Positions 8,841 through 19,229 of a stretch of 64,000 nt of DNA are shown here, in pieces (position 1 is the first letter of the stretch; each line of letters starts with the position of its first letter). The notes beneath the pieces are model-generated. The model did no database searches. It was not told the DNA's origin and saw only the letters and a program-made list of their open reading frames with translations. Position numbers and translations under genes: made by a program. Origin of the DNA: an uncultured Pseudomonadota bacterium (GTDB lineage Bacteria > Pseudomonadota > Gammaproteobacteria > Steroidobacterales > Steroidobacteraceae); contig CAVSAR010000011.1 of assembly GCA_963726085.1 (NCBI GenBank), forward strand, positions 74,298 to 138,297, read 5' to 3'.

Positions 8841-10088
8841 TCAGGCCGTGCGCAGCTTGCGCGGTGCGGTTTCCTTGAGGAACAGCGCAACGATGAAGCC
8901 GAGCACCAGGCCACAGGCCGCGAAATACAGCGCGCCTTTCAGTCCATATTCGCCACCCGCGATCCTGCCAGCGATGATCGGGCTGATGCCGCCGCCGACG
9001 AATTCACCGGCGAAGATCACGAAGCCGGCCATGGAGGCCAGCATGCCGGGAGGCGCGGCTTCTGCGGCGACCGGACCTGCCAGGATCGCCAGTGCCGCAA
9101 AATTGAACATCGAGGCAAAGAACAGCAGGATCCACAGGACGGTCGTATCGTGTGGACCAGCCTGCGTAAAGAAGTACAGGAACGCCGCGGCCAGGATGTA
9201 GGAAGCCAGCGTGGACAGCTTGCGGCCGATGATGTCGGACAGCGCGGGCATCGCAAACTGGCCGATGCAGCCGCCAATACCCACCGCCGAGAACACGTTG
9301 CCGGCGGTCACCGGATCGAGCCCCAGGCCTGCACCAACTGGCGCGGTCAGGTAGGCCGTGAGCATCGCGGCGATCACGAAGATGCCACCCATGGCGCAGA
9401 TCAGCGTGAGCGGTGCGACCTTGGCGTTGCGATGCGCGAACATGCTGAGGAATGGCGCACCACCACTGCCGTGCCCCGTATCGGCACGCTTCAGCGGTTC
9501 CCGCACGACGAACCACATGATGATGGCCACGATCACGCCGGGCGCGCCGACGATCATGAACACGGAGTGCCAGCTGTGGCTGTTCAGCAGCCGCGTGGCA
9601 ATCAGTGGCGCCAGCGCCAGGCCGAACAGGGAAATCATGCACTGGAAGATGCCGTTGTTCATGCCGCGACGCGATGGCTTGGAGGCCTCCACCGCAACCG
9701 CGACCCCGGTCGAGGCCACCGGACCTTCGGCGACACCCATGATCACTCGGACCAGGACCAGGGCCGTGACGGAGCCGGCCAGGCCGCTGAATGCCGACAT
9801 CAGGGAGAACACCAGGATGGCAGGCACCAGCACCGCGCGGCGGCCGACTCTGTCCGCCAGATAACCCATTACGAACGCCGAGATTCCCCAGGCCATTCCC
9901 AGGTATCCCGCCAGTGTTCCTCCGTCCTGGGGAGTCAGGCCGAGATCCTTGCCCATCGTGGAGTTGGGCGACTGCAGGATGATCGGAAGCACGAACCTGT
10001 CGAGGCCCACCAGACCGAAGGTGATGCTCAGCAGCAGGATGATTTTCCACTCGTAACTGGTATCCCAGTTCTTTTCTTGTTGTGCCAC
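8841..10088 (-). CDS. MFS transporter.
   Basis: 415 aa, about 12 hydrophobic helices. Motifs GLDRFVLPIIL and ADRVGRRAVL are typical of MFS. Confidence 0.85.
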   Translation of the reverse strand: MAQQEKNWDTSYEWKIILLLSITFGLVGLDRFVLPIILQSPNSTMGKDLGLTPQDGGTLAGYLGMAWGISAFVMGYLADRVGRRAVLVPAILVFSLMSAFSGLAGSVTALVLVRVIMGVAEGPVASTGVAVAVEASKPSRRGMNNGIFQCMISLFGLALAPLIATRLLNSHSWHSVFMIVGAPGVIVAIIMWFVVREPLKRADTGHGSGGAPFLSMFAHRNAKVAPLTLICAMGGIFVIAAMLTAYLTAPVGAGLGLDPVTAGNVFSAVGIGGCIGQFAMPALSDIIGRKLSTLASYILAAAFLYFFTQAGPHDTTVLWILLFFASMFNFAALAILAGPVAAEAAPPGMLASMAGFVIFAGEFVGGGISPIIAGRIAGGEYGLKGALYFAACGLVLGFIVALFLKETAPRKLRTA

Positions 10089-10522
10089 GGCGCTCCCCCT
10101 TGATTGGATTTTATGGTGCGATTCGAGCCGGAACTATATCACTCCATTCAGCGCCAGACTTCGCCGGGGGTGTCTGTCATACCAGCCCGAAGTCTCGCGC
10201 AGCAGGTCCTAGCGCGACGCCCCCAGGTGCCCCGACTCGAAGACCACGTACCGCTAGCTATAGGGCGACCATCCAAGCAGTTCGCACAGGCGTTTGGAAC
10301 CTGAGTAGCGAATCGGCAGGTAAGAGCCGGAGCACGTCCCGCGCGCGCTAGCGCGCCCGGAAGATCGCCGGCATCGACAAGCGCAGCACGCTTCGTAACC
10401 TGCCGACGCGGCCCCTCTGCACATGGCCTGCGAATCCGCCCCGTTAGGCGGCGGTGCTCACTCTTCCCAGCCGGTGGGCGAGTTGTACGGTGTCGTGACG
10501 CCGATGCTTCGATCTCGTGGAT

Positions 10523-10882
10523 CTAGCCGCCCCATACCTTGAAGATGTGCTCTGCCGGCATGTCGAAGGCGCGCTGGTTGGTCATATCGGCCTCCTCGCG
10601 GTCAGGATTGCCAGTGATCTTGAACTTCTTCTGCGTCAGGTGCCGGAAATGCGAGAAGCCGATGGCCAGCCCGGTCACCGTGTCGGCAATCTCCACGCGG
10701 CGATCGTCGATGGTGGTGATGTACTGGAAGGCACCGGAGTCGATCTGCGAAGTGCAATCCTGCAATCCCTCCAGACCAGGCGGGCGCGGCGCGCCCCCCG
10801 GGATAGTGCCGCCCAGTGCGGTGGCGGTGGCCGCGGCCAGCAGGGCCGCGGCCATCCACACGCCTGATCTTCTTATTTTCAT
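10523..10882 (-). CDS. Hypothetical secreted protein.
   Basis: Start at the internal Met MKIRRSGVWMAAALLAAATATALG (cat 10880-10882), which gives a signal peptide. I recognise no family. Confidence 0.4.
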   Translation of the reverse strand: MKIRRSGVWMAAALLAAATATALGGTIPGGAPRPPGLEGLQDCTSQIDSGAFQYITTIDDRRVEIADTVTGLAIGFSHFRHLTQKKFKITGNPDREEADMTNQRAFDMPAEHIFKVWGG

Positions 10883-10904
10883 GCTTCCCCCCAAAAACTG
10901 ACTG

Positions 10905-11961
10905 TCAGAAGATCCCGGTCGGCGCTTCCATGGTGACGTCGCGCGCCTGGTCCGACATGCCCTGCTCCCAGGTGCTCCAGCCGGAGTTCATGCCGTAGGG
11001 GGCGCGCTGCAGGACTGCCTGGATCTTGCGGATCTTGCCCTTCTCGATCTTGAACAGCTCGGCGATCTGCCAGGTCCACGGCTGCACCGGGCCGGCAACG
11101 ACCTCGCGCCCATCGGGTGTCTTGAAGTGGCGGGTGTCGCCGCCGTAGTGATCAAAGAAGCCGAACGCGAACACGATGCCGCGCTCCTGGTCTATGGCCA
11201 CGAAGCGCCGGTCGCGGATGCGATTGACGAAGTGCAGCAGGCCGGACTTGAACTGCTCCATGCAACTCCACTGCGCGGAATAGTCGGTGGAAGTCAGCGG
11301 ATCGGGCTGCGTCTGCCCGGCGGGCGTCGGCACGTTGGTGGTCTGGTTGCCGTTCTCAAGGCGATTGCAGTCATCGCGCGAACGGATAATCGCCCTTGCC
11401 GTCGTTCTTCTGCATGCCGGTGAAATACTTGTTGCGCCGTGGCGATCAGCTCGGCGCGCGACATGCGCTCCGCCGGCGGCACCGCCTGCAGGTAGATCGG
11501 ATCGGTACCCAGTTCTTGGCCGTCCATAGGTCCAGCGCCGGCCGCTCGTCGCGCACCACCAGCTGCTCGATTTCGGTGATCTGGCCGTCCGGCACGCGCA
11601 GCCGCAGCGCGATCAGTGAGCCGTTGCCCTTGGCCGGATCACGGTTGTCCTCCTCGATGGTGCCGAAGAAGGCCACCTGGCCGGCCGGCACGTCAGTGAC
11701 GAACAGGCGGTACTTGCCCTTGCCCTGCATGGTGCTCCACAGGCCATCGCCGATGAGCAGGCGCTGACCGTCTTCGGTGAACCTCACGTTGGGCGACAGC
11801 GGCACCATGGACGGCTGGTTCGCAGCAACGGCGTCCAGGTAACGGTCGACGAAGCCTTCCAGGCACGCGCGGTCGCAGGCCGACTGGGCGGCGTGCACGG
11901 AAGACGTGCCCGCGATAGCAATAATTGCCGCGACAACCAAAGTAGTTGGTGCAAAGCGCAT
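10905..11961 (-). pseudogene. Hypothetical secreted protein interrupted by two frameshifts (possible sequencing errors).
   Basis: Three co-linear minus-strand ORFs in different frames (11446..11961 with signal peptide MRFAPTTLVVAAIIAIAGTSSVHA, 11294..11527, 10905..11333) tile one about 350 aa reading frame. Confidence 0.45.
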
Positions 11962-12021
11962 GAATCCCCCCGCTTGTTATGGTCGGGCATTCTGCACCAT
12001 CCCGGGCGACCTGGTCGACGG

Positions 12022-12996
12022 CTACTGCGGTTCTATGACCTGGTAGCCGCGCTGCCGAAGTTCGTAAAGTATGCCGTCCTTGGCCATCAGCTCGCGGATC
12101 CCCACCACGGCCAGCGTACCGCTGTTGCGCTGTAGTGCGCCCTCCATTGCCAGCAACAGCTCCAGGCGGAACTTGCGTCGTGCCTCTTCATACATCGTCG
12201 CCAGGCGCGGCGTGCCCAGGAGCAATTCCAGGCAGCGTTGCTCGGGAGAGTCCGCCGATATGTTGCGCAACGGCTCGAGGTCGCCAGTCGCCCAGGCATT
12301 GGCCTCGACCTGCAGCTGCGGCATGTCGTGCTCCATGCGTGCGACCAGTCCTTCGAAGCAGCCGATCTCGGCCTTGAAGTCCGACTTGGCATAATCATTG
12401 ATTAGGCCCTTTGGATCCTGCACCTGTAACGGGATCGAGGAGCGCCGGATCTCTACGCCATTGTGCTTGGCGGCCTTCTCCACCACCGGCCAGACCACGT
12501 TCTGCTCGCTGAGCTGCGCCGCATCCAGTGCCTGCGAATAGAGAATGAATGCGGCCAGCGCCGGTCGCCAGTGGTCTATCTTTCCCGGCGGCGAGTAGCG
12601 CGCCTTTAGCACCGACCAGCGCGCATAGAGGTCTTTGGGCAATATGTCCGCCAGGGTCTTGTCACCGGGAATCGAACGGGCCCGCAACATGGCCGGTAGC
12701 AGCCGCAGCCCAGTAAAGAAGCCGATTCCGGCACTGACTTCCGGCGGCGCGATCACGCTCTGCGAGCGTGCAATCACGGACTCGACCTGGCGCGCGCGCC
12801 ACTGCATCTTCTTTGGCAGGGGTGCGTGCGAACCCAATATCCACAACGTGTTGGCGCCGTTCTTGACCTGCCAGAGGCCCGGCCCCGGTTGCTCACCGGT
12901 TACGACGACCTCGTCGAGGACATCCTCGGCGTGCACGCCCTTCACCAGCAGCAGCAAGCCGAGCACGGCGCAGCGCAACGCGCGAGCGCGGGTCAT
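12022..12996 (-). CDS. TraB/GumN family protein.
   Basis: Start MTRARALRCAVLGLLLLVKGVHA (cat 12994-12996) gives a signal peptide. The rest resembles GumN/TraB-type proteins. This is a recognition call and was not computed. Confidence 0.6.
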   Translation of the reverse strand: MTRARALRCAVLGLLLLVKGVHAEDVLDEVVVTGEQPGPGLWQVKNGANTLWILGSHAPLPKKMQWRARQVESVIARSQSVIAPPEVSAGIGFFTGLRLLPAMLRARSIPGDKTLADILPKDLYARWSVLKARYSPPGKIDHWRPALAAFILYSQALDAAQLSEQNVVWPVVEKAAKHNGVEIRRSSIPLQVQDPKGLINDYAKSDFKAEIGCFEGLVARMEHDMPQLQVEANAWATGDLEPLRNISADSPEQRCLELLLGTPRLATMYEEARRKFRLELLLAMEGALQRNSGTLAVVGIRELMAKDGILYELRQRGYQVIEPQ

Positions 12997-13088
12997 GTGC
13001 CGCCGGCCAGGCGACCCTGATGCATGAGCGCGCGCAGCGGAACAAGCGGAGCCATGTGCTGCGCCAGAATGGTCCTGCGGCAAATGTT

Positions 13089-13403
13089 TCAGCTGCGTGT
13101 TGCCCATGCCGCCACGCCGATGCTCGCCAGCGCCATCAGCGCGGTGGCCAGCAACGGAAAATGCGAACTGCGCATTGCCACGCCCTGCAAGGCCGTAAAC
13201 GCCTGTGACATAGACGTAGCCACCAAGGGCGCTAGTGCCGCAGTTGCCAACAACACGCCCACGCCGATGGCGACCGAGGCCATGCGGGCATTTCGTCGCT
13301 GCCGCTCAACCCCCGCAATGACGGCCATGACCAGCGCGGGGTCCGCAGCGGGCGGCGCCTCCTGTGCGAACAATCGCTGCAACAGCTCGTTTGATTCGAT
13401 CAT
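13089..13403 (-). CDS. Anti-sigma factor (small membrane protein) paired with the ECF sigma factor.
   Basis: Start MIESNELLQRLFAQEAPP (cat 13401-13403) forms an ATGA overlap with the stop of the sigma factor gene. It has a C-terminal hydrophobic segment. Confidence 0.5.
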   Translation of the reverse strand: MIESNELLQRLFAQEAPPAADPALVMAVIAGVERQRRNARMASVAIGVGVLLATAALAPLVATSMSQAFTALQGVAMRSSHFPLLATALMALASIGVAAWATRS

Positions 13404-13957
13404 GGTGCCTCCAGCACGCCCGGATCCAGCCAAGCGCGCAGCCTGGCCGACCCCCTTGTCACGTGTGACTTTACAGTGCCCAGTGGCCAACCGGTATGCG
13501 TGGCGATCTCGCCATGACTCATTCCCTCAGCATGACAGAGCACCACGCAGATCCGCTCCTCGGCTCGCAGGCGCGCCAGGGCCCGCTCCAGGTCCAGCAC
13601 CAGGCCGGCATCCGGTGCACTGACAGGAACATCCATTCCCGCGTCCGGATCCAGCCACTCCGAGCGGCGTCGCATCTGCTGCAAGGCGCAGTTCAGGGCC
13701 AGCCGCCTCAACCAGGGCCCGAACGCCGCGAATTCGCGCAAGGTGCCCAACTGCATCCATGCCTGTAAGAAAGCCTGCTGCGACAGGTCATCCGCCAGTG
13801 CCGCATTGGCGCACACGCGGCGCAGAAACTGGCGCAGGCGCGGCTCGCGACGCCGCACCAGTTCCTCGAAGGCTTGCACTTCGCCGCCTGCCGCCAGTGC
13901 CACGAGCGTGGCCTCCGCCACGTTCGCAAGCGCCTTGCGGCGCGCCAGCAGATTCAC
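13400..13957 (-). CDS. RNA polymerase ECF-type sigma-70 family sigma factor.
   Basis: 185 aa with region 2 (DLSQQAFLQAW) and region 4 (MSHGEIATHTGWPLGTVKSHVTRG) motifs. Confidence 0.8.
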   Translation of the reverse strand: MNLLARRKALANVAEATLVALAAGGEVQAFEELVRRREPRLRQFLRRVCANAALADDLSQQAFLQAWMQLGTLREFAAFGPWLRRLALNCALQQMRRRSEWLDPDAGMDVPVSAPDAGLVLDLERALARLRAEERICVVLCHAEGMSHGEIATHTGWPLGTVKSHVTRGSARLRAWLDPGVLEAP

Positions 13958-14358
13958 ACGCCTGAGCCGTAGCTGCTACTGCCCATATGCCGCGGGCGCA
14001 GGTAAGCATTAAAGAACAAACCCAGACCTATGGTGGCCACCAGGCAGGCAGCACCCATGATCGGCCAGAAGGAATCTACCGCGATCTGGCGTATGAACAG
14101 GCTGAATACACCCAGACCGACACCCGTGGAGGTGATGCCAACCGGCCACGTAAAGGGATTGGCGGGGGCCCGGGGGCATGGCGGAGCAAGCAACTTTTCC
14201 ACCAGTGCGGCATCGAGGGTCTGGCCGCGTTCGATTGCCAGGCGAATGGTCTGCTGGCGTTCGCGCTCGACCATCAGGCGTCGCCACATGGTCACGGCGA
14301 CGATGCCAAACACTGCCAGGAAGAAGAACATCGGGCCCAAGACGTCTGCACCCATCAC
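13954..14358 (-). CDS. Small integral membrane protein (DUF), first gene of the ECF sigma operon.
   Basis: 134 aa with several hydrophobic helices. Its stop overlaps the sigma factor start (ATGA). Confidence 0.4.
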   Translation of the reverse strand: MMGADVLGPMFFFLAVFGIVAVTMWRRLMVERERQQTIRLAIERGQTLDAALVEKLLAPPCPRAPANPFTWPVGITSTGVGLGVFSLFIRQIAVDSFWPIMGAACLVATIGLGLFFNAYLRPRHMGSSSYGSGV

Positions 14359-14436
14359 ACACCTCCCGAATATATGTACGTTGCCGCAAGGGATGCGGCT
14401 GGCACGGCCACTGGATGCAGTGCCGACGGAAGAATC

Positions 14437-15945
14437 TCAGAAGGCCGGCAATGTCCGCACGGCCGGCGCCTTGAGTGCCGCCGCATCCTCCTTGACCAGC
14501 CTGCCGTCCGCGACCGCCTGGTCCACCGCGGCGTTGAAGCGCTTGATGTATTCGTTTCGGTCCTTGTAGAGCGCTTTGAGCCTGGGACCCTCGAAGCGCC
14601 GCATGGACCCGGTTATCTCGCACAGAGCACGGGAACCGGCATCGTTCTGCGCCGGCGTACTGCGACCTGAGTAAGTGGCCAGCGGCACGTCTATCTGCGG
14701 CAGCCGCCAGCCGCCCTGGACATTTCCCAGGCGGTCAAGCAATGGCTCGCCGCGCGAATCCGTCTCGATGCGCGGCACAGTGTCCATGGCCGCGCCAGTA
14801 ACCAGCAGGCGGTCGAATTGCTGCCAGATCGCGTTGAACGCCAGGCCGAGCGGAAAGTCGCTGCGCGGCTCCCGACAGGCGTCGTCAGCCGGAACCGCAA
14901 GGCCTGCGATCTGCAGGTCGACCGCGGCAGGTTGTCCGGCCGGATACGGGCCGGAGTACGCGGCGCCAGCGATTTCATACTGGTGGTACACGGCGCCGAG
15001 CTCGTCGCTGTCAGTGCGATGCTGTGCGGACGCACGGCGCAACTCCGTCTGCGTCAGCACCACCACCACCGGCGCGGTGCGTGGTGCCAGCGCACGTGGC
15101 TCCTCGGCTGCTGGCGCCGCAGTACAGGGGTTGAGGGGCATAAGCCCGGTTGCGGCGGCGCTGAGATAGCCGTCATAAATCGGCGCGCCATCGCCTAGCC
15201 GCAGGTTTGCGTGCAGTGCGTTGATGAAGGTGCCGATGTACGCACCGGCCTGGCCATATCCGGCCAGTATCACCCGGCGCGGGTTGTAATTGCGCAGTGG
15301 GTTCTCATGACTGGTACTGCGCAGCAGTGCACCGCTTTGCGCAATCAGGTCCCACACCAGGCCGCCATCACCCACGTCGGGGCCGGCCGCGGCCTTGCAA
15401 TCAGCAGGCGGATTGGCCATGTTCAATGGCTCATAGCGCAGCGAATCGAATTTTTCCAGCGTCGCGGCAGCGCGCGCGGATATCGTAATGCCCACCCAGG
15501 CGTCGCCACTGCGCAGGAACTGTTCGCTGGAAAGCCCCCACAGGGGAGCCGCGTCGTAGTTCTCCGGTGCGTCCAGAAGTTCCACGATCACGCGCCCACT
15601 GAAGCGCTTGGTGTCCAGCGGACGTCGCACCAGAAGGCGCGTGACGTAGGGCACTCGCGCCGCCCCTGCGGACGCTGCGGTGCGCACACCCGCGGGCGAC
15701 CACTCGTAGATACCGGCCAGGCCAGTGACCAGCAGCTCGTCCTCGGCATAGCCCTGGGCAGCCAAATCCACGGGCGCCAGGGCGCTGGCGGCAGCCAGGA
15801 ACGGACGGTTGGTTTCGCTGGCCGGGACCAGGGTGGCGCGCGGCGTCGACACCAGTTGCGCACCCATTACCCGCGCTGCCATTGCGGCCAGCAGCAGGCC
15901 GGTCGCAATCAATGGCAAACTCCGGTAATGCATGTGCGCCGTCAT
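14437..15945 (-). CDS. Hypothetical secreted protein, about 500 aa, possibly alpha/beta-hydrolase-like.
   Basis: Signal-like N-terminus LPLIATGLLLAAMAARVMGA. No catalytic motif is confidently recognised. Confidence 0.5.
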   Translation of the reverse strand: MTAHMHYRSLPLIATGLLLAAMAARVMGAQLVSTPRATLVPASETNRPFLAAASALAPVDLAAQGYAEDELLVTGLAGIYEWSPAGVRTAASAGAARVPYVTRLLVRRPLDTKRFSGRVIVELLDAPENYDAAPLWGLSSEQFLRSGDAWVGITISARAAATLEKFDSLRYEPLNMANPPADCKAAAGPDVGDGGLVWDLIAQSGALLRSTSHENPLRNYNPRRVILAGYGQAGAYIGTFINALHANLRLGDGAPIYDGYLSAAATGLMPLNPCTAAPAAEEPRALAPRTAPVVVVLTQTELRRASAQHRTDSDELGAVYHQYEIAGAAYSGPYPAGQPAAVDLQIAGLAVPADDACREPRSDFPLGLAFNAIWQQFDRLLVTGAAMDTVPRIETDSRGEPLLDRLGNVQGGWRLPQIDVPLATYSGRSTPAQNDAGSRALCEITGSMRRFEGPRLKALYKDRNEYIKRFNAAVDQAVADGRLVKEDAAALKAPAVRTLPAF

Positions 15946-15995
15946 TTAGAAACCACGGCGCCATGGCTGTCAACGAAGGATTGAAAAGAGGCCGC

Positions 15996-16886
15996 ATGTC
16001 GGATCCCTATCTCGAGGCATTTGAGCAGTACCTGGAATGGGCTATTGCCCGTCCTGGACTCTCGCGGCATGCCTCGGTCACCGGTAGCCGACTGCATTAC
16101 CTGGAATGGCCCGGGCCGGTCGGCGCGCCGCCCCTGCTGTTGCTGCACGGCTTTCTTGCCCATGCGCACTGGTGGGACTTTGTGGCGCCGGCGCTGGCAG
16201 AGCGCTATCGCGTCATCGCGCCGGACTTCAGTGGCATGGGTGACAGTGAATACCGCAGGGAATACTCGCATGCGAATTTCGACGCGGAAGTGACTGGCCT
16301 GGTCGATACCCTTGGGCTGGCCGGCTGCGCGGCGGTCGGCCACAGCTTCGGCGGGCGGATCCTGCTCTATGCCTGCCTGAGACAGCCGCAGCTGATTGCT
16401 CGCGCGATCGTGGTGGATTCACGCCTCGGCTCACCGGCGGACCCGATTGGCGGCTTCGACGAGGACTGGCGCCCGAAAAAGCGTTATCCCGATGCGCAGT
16501 CCATCCTGCAACGCTTTCTGTTACGCCCAGTGGAACCCGCGCCCGCGATGGCCCTGAAGCACATGGCGCGCGCCTCCATCCGTGAGGAACAAGGTGAATG
16601 GGTATGGAAGTTCGACGAGAACGTCACGCGGCTTTACCAGGGGCGGCAAGGCCTGCCTGGTATCGATGACACGGTCGAACTGCGCGAACTGACCACGCCC
16701 GTGGACTTCATCTACGGCGAGCAAAGCAAGGTAGTCACTGCGCCGCGTGCCCGGCTGCTCAAGGGCTGCCTGCCCAATGTGCGTACGGTGACCGGCCTGC
16801 CAAGTTGTCATCACCATCTGCCGGTCAGCCAGCCCATAGCACTGCTCGGCGCACTGCGGGTCCTGCTGCAACAACCGGTCAATTGA
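15996..16886 (+). CDS. Alpha/beta hydrolase.
   Basis: Start MSDPYLEAF is preceded by AAAGAGG. Motifs LLLLHGF and the nucleophile elbow GHSFGG are present. Confidence 0.75.
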   Translation: MSDPYLEAFEQYLEWAIARPGLSRHASVTGSRLHYLEWPGPVGAPPLLLLHGFLAHAHWWDFVAPALAERYRVIAPDFSGMGDSEYRREYSHANFDAEVTGLVDTLGLAGCAAVGHSFGGRILLYACLRQPQLIARAIVVDSRLGSPADPIGGFDEDWRPKKRYPDAQSILQRFLLRPVEPAPAMALKHMARASIREEQGEWVWKFDENVTRLYQGRQGLPGIDDTVELRELTTPVDFIYGEQSKVVTAPRARLLKGCLPNVRTVTGLPSCHHHLPVSQPIALLGALRVLLQQPVN

Positions 16887-16939
16887 GCGGGAACGTGACG
16901 CTACCGGAGCGCGGCCCGGTTGGAGTAGGCTTTGCTGCA

Positions 16940-19204
16940 ATGAACCAAACACCCCTGGCCTCCCGGCCCTATATTCCTGCGGTCACGCGCCTTCCGGAAA
17001 TGACGGTGCGTGCTGTCGTGGTCGGCACCATCCTCGGAATCATCTTCGGTGCGTCCTCCCTGTACCTGGTACTGAAGGTCGGGCTGACGGTCAGCGCCTC
17101 GATCCCCGTGGCGGTGATCTCCATCACGTTGTTTCGCATGTTGTCGAAGCTAAGGATCCGCGACGCCAGCATCCTGGAACACAACATCGTGCAGACCGCC
17201 GGCTCCGCCGGCGAGTCCATCGCCTTTGGCGTCGGCGTGACCATGCCGGCGATCCTGATCCTGGGCTTCGACCTGGAACTCACGCGCGTGGTGCTGGTGG
17301 CGGTTCTGGGTGGGCTGCTGGGCATCCTGATGATGATTCCGCTGCGCCGCGCGCTGATCGTCAACCAGCATGGCATCCTCAAATACCCGGAAGGCACGGC
17401 CTGCGCCGAGGTGCTCAAGGCAGGCGCCAATGCGGAATCGCGCGCGGCTGCGGATCCGCTGGCCCTTGATGCCCGGTCCGTCGGCATCAGCGCCCGCACC
17501 ATCTTCACCGGCTTTGGTATTGGCCTGGCCTACAAGGCGCTCAATGTCGCCTTCAAGGGCTGGCGAGACATGGCGGACATGGTGTTCGGGGCGCCTCTCA
17601 AGGGTGGTTCCCTCGCCGCGGAGATCTCGCCGGAACTGCTGGGTGTCGGTTACATCATCGGACCGCGCCTCGGGGGCTTGATGTTCGCGGGTGGCTTCCT
17701 GACCTACCTGGTGCTGATCCCGATGGTCCTGTTCTTTGGGTCCAAGGTTCCAGGCGTGCTCGCCCCGGGCACCATGCCCATCGCGGACATGTCGCCCGGC
17801 GACGTCCGCAATGCCTACATTCTCTATATCGGAGCCGGCGCCGTGGCTGCGGGCGGGATCATCAGCCTGGCACGCTCGCTGCCGCTGATCTTGAGCAGCA
17901 TTCGCCGCGGCATCAGCGATGTCTCCGCCTCGCGCAACGGCACGGCCAGCACCGATCGGCGCGACCAGGACCTGTCACTGAAGTTTGTCGGCATCGGCAC
18001 GCTGGTGCTACTGGCCGCCATCACGCTGTCCCCGTCACTGCACATGAATGTGCTCGGCGCCCTCCTGATCCTGATATTCGGCGCGCTGTTCGTGACTGTC
18101 TCCTCGCGGCTTACTGGCGAGATTGGCTCTACCTCTAACCCGATTTCCGGCATGACCATCGCCACGCTGATGCTCACCTGCCTGGTGTTTCTCATCGTCG
18201 GCTGGACCGGCGGCGCCTGGTATGTAACCGCGTTATCGGTGGGCGGCATCGTTTGCATCGCCTGTTCGAATGGCGGCACCACCTCGCAGGACCTCAAGAC
18301 CGGGTTCCTGATCGGCAACACGCCGCGCCTGCAACAGATATCCATCCTCATCGGCGCACTGGCCTCAGCGCTGCTGCTGGGGCCGATACTGCTGAAGCTC
18401 AACGACACGGCAAGCGTGTACATCCCGGTGGCCCAGGTCGCCCCGCAGGGGCTGAGCACGGACGTGTCGACGCTCGGCACCAAGCAGGAATCCATAAAGG
18501 GCGTGCAGGCCCATGAAGATTCGAAGGTCTACCACGTATGGCACAAGACCGGCATTGAAGGCGGGCCAGCGGGCAAGTACCTGGTGGATGACGCGGGGCA
18601 CGCGGTGTGGCTGGTGGATCCGGGCATCAACGGCGTGCATGACACGCGGCCGGACGGGACCCATGTGCGCAAGTTCGATGCGCCCAAGGCCACCCTGGTG
18701 TCCTACATCATCAAGGGCATTCTCGACCGCAAGCTGCCGTGGGACCTGATCCTGTTCGGCGCGATGATCGCGATTCTGATGGAAATATCCGGCGTGCCCT
18801 CGCTGGCATTCTCGGTGGGCGTGTACTTGCCGATCTCATCCACGACGCCAATCTTCATCGGCGGGCTGATTCGCTACCTCGTCGACCGGCACGCGCGACG
18901 CTCTCCGGAGGCTGCGGCCCTTTCCGAGGCCGAATTCACCGCGCAGTCGGATCGTGGACCGGGTGTGCTGTTCGCATCCGGGTACATCGCCGGCGGGGCG
19001 ATTGCCGGGATTGTGATCGCGTTCCTGGCAGGCGTGCTGGGAAACCAGGATGCAGCGCTGCAGCGCTGGTCCACCGAGCACAACCCCTTCTTCGAAGGAC
19101 CGCACTCGGACCTGCTGGCATCGCTGCCGTTTCTGCTGCTGGTAGTGCTGCTGTGGCTGGTCGCCAGGGGCAAGTGGCTGTCGGGCACCGGCAGTCGCGG
19201 CTAA
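16940..19204 (+). CDS. OPT family oligopeptide transporter.
   Basis: 754 aa from MNQTPLASRPYIP. It is polytopic, with OPT-like segments (GTILGIIFGASSLYLVLKVGL, NIVQTAGSAGE). Confidence 0.8.
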   Translation: MNQTPLASRPYIPAVTRLPEMTVRAVVVGTILGIIFGASSLYLVLKVGLTVSASIPVAVISITLFRMLSKLRIRDASILEHNIVQTAGSAGESIAFGVGVTMPAILILGFDLELTRVVLVAVLGGLLGILMMIPLRRALIVNQHGILKYPEGTACAEVLKAGANAESRAAADPLALDARSVGISARTIFTGFGIGLAYKALNVAFKGWRDMADMVFGAPLKGGSLAAEISPELLGVGYIIGPRLGGLMFAGGFLTYLVLIPMVLFFGSKVPGVLAPGTMPIADMSPGDVRNAYILYIGAGAVAAGGIISLARSLPLILSSIRRGISDVSASRNGTASTDRRDQDLSLKFVGIGTLVLLAAITLSPSLHMNVLGALLILIFGALFVTVSSRLTGEIGSTSNPISGMTIATLMLTCLVFLIVGWTGGAWYVTALSVGGIVCIACSNGGTTSQDLKTGFLIGNTPRLQQISILIGALASALLLGPILLKLNDTASVYIPVAQVAPQGLSTDVSTLGTKQESIKGVQAHEDSKVYHVWHKTGIEGGPAGKYLVDDAGHAVWLVDPGINGVHDTRPDGTHVRKFDAPKATLVSYIIKGILDRKLPWDLILFGAMIAILMEISGVPSLAFSVGVYLPISSTTPIFIGGLIRYLVDRHARRSPEAAALSEAEFTAQSDRGPGVLFASGYIAGGAIAGIVIAFLAGVLGNQDAALQRWSTEHNPFFEGPHSDLLASLPFLLLVVLLWLVARGKWLSGTGSRG

Positions 19205-19229
19205 AACCGGCCTGGTCGATCGCCGACGA

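Noticed and set aside
9004-10103. 348 aa and 317 aa ORFs overlapping the MFS transporter gene in other frames or on the other strand.
   Set aside because: The MFS reading frame has the expected 12-helix hydrophobic pattern. The overlapping ORFs give low-complexity Arg/Gly/His-rich products.
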